NCBI GenBank assembly: GCA_964188305.1
Contig: OZ076887.1
DNA from: Podarcis bocagei
Taxonomy: Eukaryota
DNA: 64,000 bases
Strand: one strand, 5' to 3'
Positions within the stretch are counted from its first letter, which is position 1. Every line of letters starts with the position of its first letter. Both the position numbers and the translations under genes were made by a program. The notes beneath the pieces are model-generated. The model saw only the letters and a program-made list of their open reading frames with translations. It had not been told where the DNA came from and searched no databases. Below are positions 13,511 to 25,184 of this stretch, piece by piece.

Positions 13511-13951
13511 TATATGCCTGTTGTCTTTGTCCATGGAGTTTTCTTGGCAGGGAAACTGGAGTGGTTTGCTGGTTCCTGCTCCAGGTGGATCACGTTTGGT
13601 CAAAACTCTCCACTATGACCTGTCCATCTTGGGTGCCCTGCTCGGCATAGTTCATAGCTTCTCTTAGTTATTCAAGCCCCTTTGCCACGGCAAGGCAGTG
13701 ATCCATGAAGACTCCAATACTTTGGCCACCTCATGAGAAGAGAAGACTCCCTGGAAAAGACCCTGATGTTGGGAAAGATGGAGGGCACAAGGAGAAGGGG
13801 ACGACAGAGGATAAGATGGGTGGATAGTGTTCTCGAAGCCACCAGCATGAGTTTGACCAAACTGCGGGAGGCAGTGGAAGACAGGAGTGCCTGGTGTGCT
13901 CTGGTCCATGGGGTCATGAAGAGTCGGACATGACTAAACAACAAAAACAAA
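13511..13951 (+). mobile_element. Bov-B (RTE) LINE insertion: inverted 5' segment (13511-13710) joined to sense 3' end (13711-13951), 9-bp TSD
   Basis: 3' part translates LQYFGHLMRREDSLEKTLMLGKMEGTRRRGRQRIRWVDSV...LVHGVMKSRT with a CAA-rich tail. Reverse complement of the first part reads CTTCATGGATCACTGCCTTGCCGTGGCAAAGGGGCTTG... (Bov-B 5' region). AAGCCACTT occurs at 13502-13510 and 13952-13960. Confidence 0.92.
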
Positions 13952-15350
13952 AAGCCACTTGGTTCAACTCCAAACTCTGCTTCTCAAATCTTTACATTTA
14001 ACACCAAGTTCTAGCTACTTTTAGTAACACACCAAAAGATTTTCAGACCTCCAGATATTTCTGGCCATTGTCAGAAGTAATGGCATTTCCCCCCTCCTCC
14101 TCTCCCCTTGACTTTGGCTCTGATAATCTCACCTTGTTCCACAGCCTCACAATGCAATGAATATGTGATCTGACACATCATGCCTTGCTGGTTCCAAAAG
14201 CACTTTTGTCCTGCTGAGCATCTTCAGAAAATATCTCACTCAGTCATAGGAGAATGAAATGGCATGCTTTATATGTTATGGGCTTTAATAGCACTTTAAT
14301 CGTGTTTGTTGGAGAAATCTTGGCAGCCATCCATTGCTGTTTATTCCCTTTCAACAACCAAAAACACATGCACGCAAAACATTTCTGTGAATTCAGCTTC
14401 TCCCGCAGAGTGAAAATTTCACAATTGCACAAGCACCATTATCATGCTGGGAAACAGGGATGGGGGTGGAGATCTTCAGTATAAACAAAAAGGAGTCACT
14501 GCCCAGTGACTCACATAGCTTGTCAGCAAAAAAAAACACCACTGCCTTCTGAGTATCCAACCCTCTATATGCCTTAAGTTTTTAAGATATAGTGCAGTTT
14601 TAATTCAACAGAGAAACTGTGGGCTGGTTCATATATTATATTTTTACACCAAGAGGGCTTTGCCACTGCAGTCATTGGAGTATCTACTGTCTCTAGGGAA
14701 GGAGCAACCTGTTGAATGAAGGCCAATGCAACACCTGTGTTCTTATCTGAAAGATCAGCACCCATGACCTCCTTGGCAGGTTACTGGGCTGCAGAATAGG
14801 TCCTTTGCCTTACTTCAAGGAAGATAGATATCTGTAATGTTTAAACTGGATCAGTCATTACTAGTTACAGCAAAAGCATGGAGGAAAGGCGGAAGAAAAG
14901 CTAAGCTCACAACTCAGGAATGCCACTTTCTGTTTCTATATACAGTACAGTAAACCTTTCGTGACTTTTATCAGGGACTGACAGGGCTCTGACAAGTGTG
15001 TCATGGAGGTGGGGTGAGGGAGGGGAAGAGGCTGACCCAGGTGAGGCAGACAGGCTTTGTCACATATGGGTTTCAAAACATGACCTTAAAGGTCTCAACC
15101 ACTTAAGACTGATGGTGGAATACATAATTTGTGTGCACTATCTCTGCTGTTTCAACTTCAAACTAAAACACACTTGGGGGGAAGACCCACACCACATCTT
15201 GTTTCAGTTATGGTGAATTAGGCTGCAAAAGAAGGCGGTAGTGGATGCTGCTTTGCCAACTATCCAGCGCTCAGCATGGTATGCATTCAGTGAAATGCTA
15301 ATCTGGAGACTCTTGTGCTCAGGTGTCTTAAAGATTGTTGACCTGAGAAG

Positions 15351-15448
15351 CAGAGATGATGACACACTGGCAGATCTTTCTGTATATCCAAGTAAGAGAC
15401 CTATTAACCTTAGCGTTACATCCCTGTTGCAGCTGATGGGCTGATCTG
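15351..15448 (+). ncRNA. Candidate box C/D snoRNA-like sequence (unverified)
   Basis: CAGA-G-ATGATGA (C box 15356-15362) ... CTGA-TCTG (D box 15441-15444), with a 4-bp terminal stem in k-turn register; 98 nt. Confidence 0.2.
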
Positions 15449-15834
15449 AAGGGGTATGTGAACCTCCTTTGACATATAAACTTGCTAGAGTGGAAGTAAG
15501 GAAGTCCATTGATGAGCCCATGCAAGTTTCACAGTGGCTCTGTAACGATCAATCTATAGAGAGGTGTGTGAAACAGGTCAGAGATAGCAGGCAGGGTGTA
15601 TAGCCATGAGAAATGTGAGGGCTACATCAGAGGCCAAGAAGCAAGTTGGTGGTGAATCTACAAGACCAAATCAAAGCAAGACTTGATGAAACATCAATCC
15701 ACAATGGAGGCTTACATTACATTTCTTAATGGATCACACTAGCAGTTCTGTTGGTTTAATATGGTGAGCGAGTGGCAAAATGGTATATAAGCACATGATG
15801 CTACAGCCAGGGGGCCCAAATCACCCCCCCCGTA

Positions 15835-16052
15835 TGATATAGTTATTAGAGTATTGTTTTAGGACAGACCTAGGTTCCGAATCCCTCGCAGCCATAAAGT
15901 TCCCTGGGTGACTCTGAGCTATTATATCTCAGCTTTACCTACTTGACATGATTGATGTGCATATAAAAGAGGAGCCAAGAACTGTGAATGCCACCCTAAG
16001 CTTCTTGGATGAACGGGGGGGATATAACTGTAATACATAAAATAAAATAAAA
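15835..16052 (+). mobile_element. CORE/MIR-like SINE with L2-type tail
   Basis: GACCTAGGTTCCGAATCCC B-box, CORE-like GCCATAAAGTTCCCTGGGTGACTCTGAGC...CTCAGCTTTACCTAC, and a GGGATATAA...(AATAA)n tail. Confidence 0.65.
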
Positions 16053-16471
16053 CTCCCATTTATAAGCATTTTTCATAGAAGAAGTATAGTCTCACTTTCC
16101 CAATGCAAATATATTTTCTGCATCTTTTGGCTCCAAGGCATCAATCTTTACTTAAACTATGATTTGAGGATTGCTGCTGAAGCTGTGATTTGAAAATACT
16201 GGCAGTACAATATGGTAAGTGAAGGAATGCCTTTCCTGTATTTGATCCTCTGAAGCTGAGAAGTTTCAAAGCAGGCCTAAGTATTTTAGGGAGGAAGACC
16301 TTTTCATTTGGGGCACCACAATTTTGAAAGATCTTCCCTTCACTTTGGAATTTAGGAATTCAGTCCGTAAATGCCCAGGCAATGGGGAGTGAGTGATCTT
16401 TGGTTTGTTTTATACATGGTATTTTTGTTTCAATGATTTTGCTGTTCAATGTCTTTTTTGATACATTAGTT

Positions 16472-16836
16472 CAGGGCGGGGAACCTTTTTCAGCCCAAGG
16501 GCAACATTCCCTTCCAGGGACCACATGACAGTGGTGGCTGGGGCCAGAGGCAAAAGTAAACAGAGCAACTCAAATGAATTTTGCCTTCGTGCAGCAGGCT
16601 AGTTTCCAAACACACTCACACAGCTCTCTCCATCTTCCAACAAAGCCATTTCCCCAGAATACAATGACATTTGCCAGCCAGATAACTTTTAAAGAGGGTA
16701 TGAAGCAAGGCCAATGACAGGTGTGGCATGGGGAATTTGTGTGTGACTGAGGGGCAGCTGTGGCCTGGGGAGAATGCCGAGGGTCAAGCCAAAAGACCCA
16801 AAGGGGCACATTGGCCCTCTGGGCCCGAGACCCTTG
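16472..16836. mobile_element. hAT-type non-autonomous transposon with 8-bp TSD
   Basis: CAGGGCGGGGAACCTTTTTCAGCCCAAGGGC ... GGCCCGAGACCCTTG; flanks CATTAGTT / CATTAGAT (7/8). Confidence 0.78.
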
Positions 16837-18224
16837 CATTAGATATGGTTGGACACTGGCATAGATGCTAATCAGAGAACTGGTTTAAAAATTCTGACAA
16901 TAAGTAAATAATAAGTATGAAGGTAAAGAAAGAACAAAAAAAAGCAAACTTCTCATGAATGTCTTATAAGAGTTATCGATAGCTAATGGCTTTTGTTCAA
17001 TTTTATTGCTAAATACTTTTTGGAAGTGGAGTTTTAGAAAAGCTAAGCAGACATGTTTTCAGTGAGTGAGCCAGGCCAATGGATTCCCTTGTCCAGTTTG
17101 GGGAGAAATTGGGTTCATGTTTGCATTTTAATGCACTTCCTATAACAGTGCATGAACCAGAATGCAAAAATGGGAGTTGATAGATTTTTCCAGCCTTCCC
17201 CAGCACTACAGTTCCTTTCCTTTTAAATGTTTACTTTAGAACTTTTGAAGCTTTTAAGGCCTAGCTATAACTTGCCTCTTATGGTGGAAGCACAGTACTT
17301 TAAACAAATCCATTATAATTGCTAACCTTCACTGGAATTCCTGTTTTTATAGTCCCTGTGGAAGCAGTTTGCTGCATCCATTACTTTACCCTGGAGATGA
17401 ACACTTCTTCATTTGGTTGAAGTTGTGAGGGTTTTGTTTCATTCCCGAGAAGATGCCCCAAGTTAACTAATATCCAGCTCAATACATTGGCTGCTGTATC
17501 GTATTGCTTAATTTTAAGGGCCATTGATCTTGACAGAACGTCTTTTAAGAAGGAAAGCACTAAAGTGGGCGCTGTTGTGCTATATTTCAGCAAAAGACAA
17601 TTTAACTGCAGGGCGGCCATTGCTTTTAAGAATCCCAGTGTAGAAACACTGTTTAGCATGTGTGTACCACTCAGGCTAGACTTCAAAGATATAGCAGAAA
17701 AGTAGATTGGCTTGTGCAGTAAAAGCACTTGTTTTCAATTTGCAGTTAATTGAGCTTCTAGACACATCACACCAACATCAAATCCCCATAAACTGTTAGA
17801 GGCTGCAGGTCTTGATTCGGGGTCTTTACTTGATGCACATGAGAAATTAGACCAGTCTTCCACCCTGGACTTGCAACAGCAGAAAACCCACAAGTCCTTT
17901 TCAGCTTATAAATGTATTTTTTTTCCCTGGTAATGGAGTTGTATCATCAGCATCCCAGATAGATAAGGGAAATCAGGATTTGACAGGCCTTGGACAATCG
18001 TTGGCCATTGGATGGGTGATAGCAGTTTTCTGGTATGCTGTCTCAGAGATCTCCACTCCACCTTCAGTTTTTTTTGCTGTTCCTAGGTTCCTGGGTGCAT
18101 GTGCATGCAAGGGTGTCCACTGACACCTGTATGCTATTTGTGACCTGTATTCTATACTTTGAGCTTTGGCAGTCTCCATAGAAGGATACCATGGTCAGTA
18201 GTATGCAAAGTATTACAAGGACAA

Positions 18225-18330
18225 CTACTCAAAGTCCACCCATTGAAATTAATAGGCCTATGACTAAGTTAATCATGCCAATACATTTCAAGGGGTCTAT
18301 TCTGAGTAGGACTAGCATTGGATACAAACC
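18225..18330. mobile_element. Short palindromic MITE-like repeat
   Basis: CTACTCAAAG...CCCATTGAAAT...ATTTCAAGGGGTCTATTCTGAGTAG inverted structure. Related copies at about 35108-35205, 57770-57850 and 4490-4560. Confidence 0.55.
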
Positions 18331-19309
18331 ATAGTTAGGAGATGGGGAAGATGGCTGTCCTGATAGGTACAAGGAAGCAGCCATATTTGTCTGTGTCCAA
18401 TTTCTCAGCACAGTGGATTGGCTAGTTGCTCCAAGCAGCTGTAAAATGTCCAAGAAAGAAAAAAGCACCCCTTGGTCTGCCTCATAAGCACGTTTCTGTG
18501 CTTGTGTTAAAACTGGGGTGAGATAAACACATCTGCATACATCTGAAACTGACATGAAACAGAAACAGGTTGACCCATCCATCTCTTTGAAGATGCTAAG
18601 ACCAGCCAAGGGATTGTTGATTCATAGCTAATGATTTTGCTTGGATTCTTTTTTAAAAATGTGATTCTTTAAAAAAAATGCTTTCAGGTATATTATAATT
18701 TTTATTACAATTGGAAGGAGGAAAATTGGGAGTAAATATGATGCAGTTTCTACTGGAGAGAAATGGAGGATAAGAAATGAAATCAGGTTCCCCGCTTAAA
18801 ATGTGGTTCTAACTCTGTGAAGCATATGATTAAAGTCAGCATGCTGAAAGCTCAAGATGAAGGTAGGGGAGTCACAGGGGTCATTTTGTATTGCTTATGC
18901 AGTACATTTCTTATGTAAGTGGCCTGGAAAAAAATAGATACATCACTGAAATATTCTTTGTTATTTGTGTAATATTCCAATGATTTGACAGCATGGCTGA
19001 ATTTTAGATGCACGTATGATGTGTGCATATTATGAAGAAAAGTAAGAATGTGTTTATTTGTCTTTCACCATCATTGTTTGAGCAAGTTAATGTATGAGCT
19101 AGTTTAATATATTGCAGCTTGTGATACAGCTTCTTGATTTTACTTGATAGTTGCTAGGTGATTATGGTGATGGATTGGTTTCAGTACTTTACCAGATGAA
19201 GCAACAGGAAATCCTTTGCTAAGGTTCCAAGGATAGTTTGCCAGCAATACTGAAGGGGATGGCATTGCAATGTGAAGGGACAGATAATATGCAAATTTTA
19301 TGTTATACA

Positions 19310-19312
<3 letters not shown>

Positions 19313-19343
<31 letters not shown>
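19313..19343. repeat. (CA)n microsatellite
   Basis: Direct reading. Confidence 0.97.
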
Positions 19344-19348
<5 letters not shown>

Positions 19349-20509
19349 GGGTAGCTATACATATAAAGAAGGAGAGCAGAAAGATGTTTTATAGAGCAAA
19401 ATCTAGCAACATTTTAAATTCTATAATCAGTATTTGGTCAAAATTTGATTGAAATACATATAAACATACACAAAGAGACTACAGCTAAATTGGTATTTTT
19501 TTAAAAAAACTACAATCTAGCAATATTTGAACTTTCACAATTTGTATTTTTTCAAAAATTGATTTTTTTTTCTTTTTAAAAAAAATCAACCAGGTTTTTA
19601 GGATCAACATGTTCCGTCAAAGTTAGAATGTTCTCTCTCCTAATCAATTGGATGTGAGTGAGTGGTTAAATGGAAGCAGTACAAAATTGACAAAATGCTA
19701 CTTCACGTTAGCTTTCAGATACTATAAAAAGCTGACTGCTACATATCAGAATGAGTGGTGGTGGCTGAACTCCAAAAACATCAGCTTAATTTGGAACTGA
19801 CAAACCAAGTTATTCTTTCCCTCTCAAACTAGAGAAGAGCTTATTTATTCACAGTTCAATTTCAAGTCCTGTTCAGATGCTATTGCACTCCTGACAACAA
19901 CTTTCCCAACCCCAACTGCCAGGTCCCTATCACTCCTCCTACAGGCCTCTTCCAATTCATCTTTCATAACAGTGATTCCATCAATGGCAGCATCTTGGAG
20001 GTTTCACCACTCTCCAAGGACCAGAGCATCCTAGTTACTAGCATGGCTATCATCCATATGAAGGACTTAGGTTCCCTGGGGAAAAATACATTTCCTGGTG
20101 CTCACTGGTGCCTGGAATAATACTAGGAAAAAAAATTCAAGGCACCAAGGAAGGATGGAAGATGAGACACCCTTGCTGCTGTGCAGGGCAGTGCCACTAC
20201 CAGGCCAGGTAAATAGGAAAGCAGAAGGGATGCAAATGGGGAGTTCTTCTCCGGCTTGGATTGCACTTTCAACCAGAGAAGAACTGCTGGGTCATAAGGC
20301 ATTCCTAGGATTGAAACTTTTTCATAATCCAAAACTGATTCATAATCCAACCAGGAACTTCAACAACTTCATGAGCACAAATCAGTGGAGGAAATGAGAG
20401 ACAGTTGCCACTATGATTGTGTTTTGCGTACAAAATGTGTTGGCCTTCAGCAGCTCATTTTAATAAACCATTCCTCAGCACCTGTTGAGGCCTTTTCAAT
20501 CTACTGTTT

Positions 20510-20910
20510 CGTTAACTGCTATATGTCAAGCGTTGTAAGTATTGATTGCTCCTCTACATCAGCTGTCAATTAAACTGAAATAGTGACAGATATATGAGAT
20601 GATGGATATTGTCAAAAGTTGGATGCTGCTGCATGTCACCTCTCACATTCTGTTTAACATTGACAGCTGCATGATAGATGCTAACAAATGCTGGCAGCTA
20701 AGTGTGAAACACTGTCAACTGCCGCTTGCTGCTGCAGGTTAGCTGTCTGTCCTGAAACCATGTATTGTCAAATGTTAATCACACCTGAAAGCAACAACAA
20801 ACTACTGCATGTCAGCTATTAATTATTATTAGCGGTTAATTAATATCATCAATCAATTGACATCACACTCTGCCCATGAATAATAAACATTTGTTTAGTA
20901 TTCATTGTCA
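20510..20910. promoter_or_regulatory. Candidate enhancer/conserved element: cluster of 11 TGACA/TGTCA (MEIS/TALE) sites plus PBX-HOX composite
   Basis: Sites start at 20524, 20564, 20584, 20610, 20634, 20661, 20713, 20766, 20810, 20858 and 20906. ATCAATCA (TGATTGAT on minus) at 20848-20855 lies next to TGACA at 20858. Confidence 0.5.
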
Positions 20911-22326
20911 ACTCCCCTCTGTATCTGGGGAAAGAACTAAATTTGTGCGTTTGTTTTTTACTGAAATTTTATTCAAGTTTCAAGCAACTATTTTAGCAGA
21001 TCAAGATATTTAACAAACCAATAGTATGTGTGGTAACATTAATTAATTAAAAGGGGGGAGAATTAGAAATATCTCAGTGAACCACTATCAAGTTTGCTTT
21101 CAGCTCTAATGGAGATTCAGGCTGCCTTCGAAGCAGCATTAATGTAGCAGGATTGGCCATTCGCTGGTGGTCCTTGGAATCATCCCTGCATTTATATTTT
21201 CATCAAATGGAAATAGCTCAAAAACATAGATGGCAAGAAGGGTTGATTTCAAACTACATCCTTAAAAGAGTGTCTGTTTACAGCTTGTTATTCCATTACT
21301 TTGCTATATGGGACGACATAATAATTTAGGAAGGGTTTTAGCCGTTCTAGTTCTTTAAGAGGACTATAGTGATTGGAGTCAGGATGACTGCTCAGTTACT
21401 TTTACTAATCCCCTGCAGAAATGGGTTGCTGGAGATAGAAGGCATAAGAAAATGCTCTCTGAAGTCATTTTAAATTAGCAGCTAATGAGGATCTTTCTTT
21501 GTTGGTCATTTTGGAGCTGGTACAGCTGGAGAAAAAATCAACAAGAAGGAGAACTCATTTAGTTTGCTGTTAAGTCTGACACTGACAGATTATTTCCGGA
21601 TGCCACAGTAGCCTTCTTGACTGCATAATGTGAAATGGATATCTTTGATTAATAAACTAGTCAGTACGGTTTTTGTCAGATCTTAATTCCAGTAATTGTC
21701 CTTATGTTTCCTGCAACAAAACCAGAGGTGGATCTCTCCAGATCTCTCCCTCTAATGCAAACTTGGGTGATTTGAGTACCTGATGGTCTGGAAGAGAAAC
21801 AGGGCCACACAAAAATAAAGTAGTGATTTTCAACATACTCATATTGAGGGATGCCCTAGGTAATGTAGAAGTTCATGGAAGAAATCTTATCTCACGTGAA
21901 GAAACTTCAACCCACACAGCAGAACTTCCACTTCCTGTCCTCCCTCCCTCCCCTACAACCACCAGTGTCACTGTTCTCAAGAGTCACCCAACCCTCTTTC
22001 TTTCTATAGCAATTCAGAGGAAAACCTTGGGGAGAAGGAAAGAGGGTGGGGAGATATTCCTCTTCCCTTTGGCCTTCCTGAAACTTCCTCCCACTCTCTG
22101 CAAGCTCCACTCAGTACTACAAGCCTTCTGTTCCAGGTTGGAGCCTTAAACAAGAGCACCCCTCCTAAGGGTGAGGATACACTGAAACAGGTCTCTCTGG
22201 TGAGATTTAACTCCTGTAAATGTGATCTGAGTCTTAACATGGGGGGGTACCTTTTTCGACTCGAGGGCCACATCCCCTCTTTTTGCCAAGAACCCATGGT
22301 CACCCTACATGCATCCCCGTGGCCAC

Positions 22327-22368
22327 AGACAGACAGACAGACACACACACACACACACACACACACAC
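22327..22368. repeat. (CAGA)n(CA)n compound microsatellite
   Basis: Direct reading. Confidence 0.95.
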
Positions 22369-23714
22369 AACATGCATACACACTTACTTTCAAGGAGCCC
22401 ATTCAGATGTGGACAATTTGTACAGCTGTTGGTATCCTGGATGGTGGATTGCATGGAAATTGTCATCTAGCCAGATGCTTTTCTTCAGCCTCCCAATGCA
22501 CATATGGATGTTTATTACGTTGTTCCTTAACCACACACATGGATGGAACTTTTTCTTGCATGGGTCTCCTTGCTGGGTCACATAAGTGCACTGCAAATTA
22601 ATGTCCACATTACAGCACTTCTATATGCTCATGTACAACACTTAAATTATATAAAAGTGCTGTTATTGGATGCCAACAACAACTTCAATATTCTATCTTT
22701 AAAAAAAAAATAAATCCTAACTTTGGCTGCAATCTTATGCATATTAACTTGGGAGTAAGCCACAGTGAATACAAGGAAACTTACTTATGAGTGATCAGGT
22801 ATAAGGGCGCTCTGTGAAATTGTCACCTCTTGTTTGTTACAGTGTTCCTTGCAACCTAAGCCCTAAACTATATTGTTCCTGGGCTCTCCAGCATAAAATC
22901 GAATCCAATTCATTTTGGCCTAAGGACTTTTTCTTTTTAAAATGTCTTAGTAATGAGCAAGTGAGCCTGTATGTATAAGCACAAAATTCCATTTTTATTG
23001 TACCGCTGCTTACAGCTGGAAAAACAAACAAACAACCCTCTATGCAATTTAACATTTGCATAATTTTATTTTATTTTATTTTAAAAACTAGAGTAAGGCA
23101 GCTCATTTGTTGGAAGCACCTTCTATTGAAATCAGTATGACTTGCAGTTCCAGAGCGTGCTCAGAGCTGTGGTAATGTCAATAGAGTGCTTATATTGGGT
23201 TTTATGTTATCTCCATCCTCAATTCAGGCAAACCCTTACACACTGCATGTTACAAAAGATTTTGGCGTGCATTATGGGAAGCGTTACAGGGTGTATTTTC
23301 AGTTCACAAGGGACTCCTACCATTACCAAGACATGCCCCAAACTACCATCATGACTACCAGCCATGACCACAGTATGTTGCAGAATAGGGCTAGCAGGTG
23401 TGCTGGGTTCCGCCCCACATTGTGGGGCTCATATTACTTTACCATTGGAGAGTAAGAGATCTTTCTTCCGAACCTCTCTCTCCAAAAAACCCTAGCATTG
23501 AAGCAACTTAGTAGGCTGGATCTGTACTTTCTAACTTGACAGTTCAGTGCTTTTATTCATTATTTCACAGAGAATGGCTGAAGCAAGCAAACAGTAAGAA
23601 AGACATTTCACTCTGTTCCTCTGCAGCCATTGGTTCCTGTTTGTAATTAACACAACTTTTTCAAGCAACCGCAATAATGCAAAATTCTAGTAAGCGGCAA
23701 TAGTAGCTGTTGGT

Positions 23715-23940
23715 TAAGAACATGGATCAGACCAAAGGCCAGTCTAGTTCAGAACTTGTTTCCTACAGAGGTCTCTGGGAAGTGTGCAAGCAAGATGTGA
23801 GGGCAACAGTCCTCTCTTACTTGCTGTCCCCAGCAACTGGTAATTCAGAGATGTGCTGTCTCTAAACCGTCATGACATGCCCCTTGGTAAACTTATCCTC
23901 CCTATGCTTGTCAAATCCCCCTTTAAACCATCTAAGCCAT
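23715..23940 (-). mobile_element. CR1 LINE 3' UTR fragment
   Basis: TAAGAACAT GGATCAGACCAAAGGCCAGTCTAGTTCAG ... CCCAGCAACTGGTA ... TTATCCTCC...AAATCCCCCTTTAAACCATCTAAG is the reverse complement of a reptilian CR1 3' end. Confidence 0.8.
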
Positions 23941-24079
23941 TATGCCCTCAGCCATATTGTCAGGAAGCACTTAAGGAGTGATTCCAAACTGACTGAAGCA
24001 CTCCTACGTTATTGAAGGGGGAGCAGTGTATGTCACACTGTTTTATTCTTCCTTCCCATTGGTTTGCAAGCCTATTTTG

Positions 24080-24499
24080 TATATAAACAGGATAGCTGTC
24101 TTCGGATTAGCGGTCTCTCTACATCTTTAAATACGTCGTAGAAAGTTAAAAAAATGAGTTTTTGTGTGTACTATGCCCTCTAGGTGTCTTCAACTTAATG
24201 CGCAACCACTCTGTTAAGTGGTAACTATGGTAACTGGTATTTTGTTTGTGACAGAAGAACAGTAAAATGTAAAGCACGACAGAACAGTGGCAGCATTCTC
24301 CATGGTGTTTTTCTTCTCATTGCCCTCTGAATTTGCATGGTGACTTAAATACATCTGAAGGGGTCCTGTCACAATTTGCAAGTCAATGAATATACGGTGT
24401 GAATGCTAACATTGGGATAGTGTGCACTCTCTCTGTGTCTCTCTTCTTTCTTGATTTGTGGGGCTGTAAACAGCTTCAGGCTGTCATGAACAGGTAAGC
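24080..24499 (+). promoter_or_regulatory. Candidate promoter/short exon: TATA-like box, RFX X-box, pyrimidine tract and ATGAACAG|GTAAGC donor
   Basis: TATATAAA at 24080; GTAACTATGGTAAC at 24221-24234; CT-rich tract at about 24427-24452; donor after 24493. Confidence 0.3.
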
Positions 24500-25041
24500 T
24501 TGTATAAGCAAGGATTGAGTTAAGTGGTGCTTAAATATAAATGAGTTTCACCTGGAGATTGAATAATCTCTGAGATCAGCATTTAGTAATATAATTGACT
24601 GCCTTTCACAGCAAATAACTAGAATATAGGACTGCATTCATCCCAGCTGCTGTCTTGAAGGCACTGTACGTTGCATTTCTTGCTGTACATTGCATTTTTT
24701 ATTTCCATCGAATGTCCTTGATCACACAGAGGAAATGCATGCTGATGTATGCCAGGTTTCATATTTATCAGTTTTCCTCTACCATAGCAGTCTACGCAGG
24801 ATGGTGCATGTCTGTATATGTGTAAACGTGCTTGAAGCTATAAGGCTGCAGTCCTAAACACACTTCCTAGGGAACATACTGAATTCCGTGGGGGTTATTT
24901 CTAGACCAACCTATATAGGATTGCAGCATAAGAGATCAATCCAATACATAGAACATGAACTCCAAGCCTTGAAGCAAGTAGATCCCTGCACCAATGTCTG
25001 GACCTTGTCCTCTTCTTATGTCAAGGCAGCATTCCTTGGAG

Positions 25042-25184
25042 CATGAATGAGCAACCTATGATCCTCTAGATGTTATTGGGTTCCAGGTCACATGAGCCCC
25101 AGCCAGAATGGTCAATAGGTCAGGGATTATAGGAGCTGTAGTCCAACAACATATGGATGGCCACATGTTGCCCACCCATACTTG
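25042..25184. mobile_element. Palindromic hAT MITE with perfect 8-bp TSD
   Basis: CCTTGGAG at 25034-25041 and 25185-25192; internal sequence matches the 10102 and 49041 family. Confidence 0.85.
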
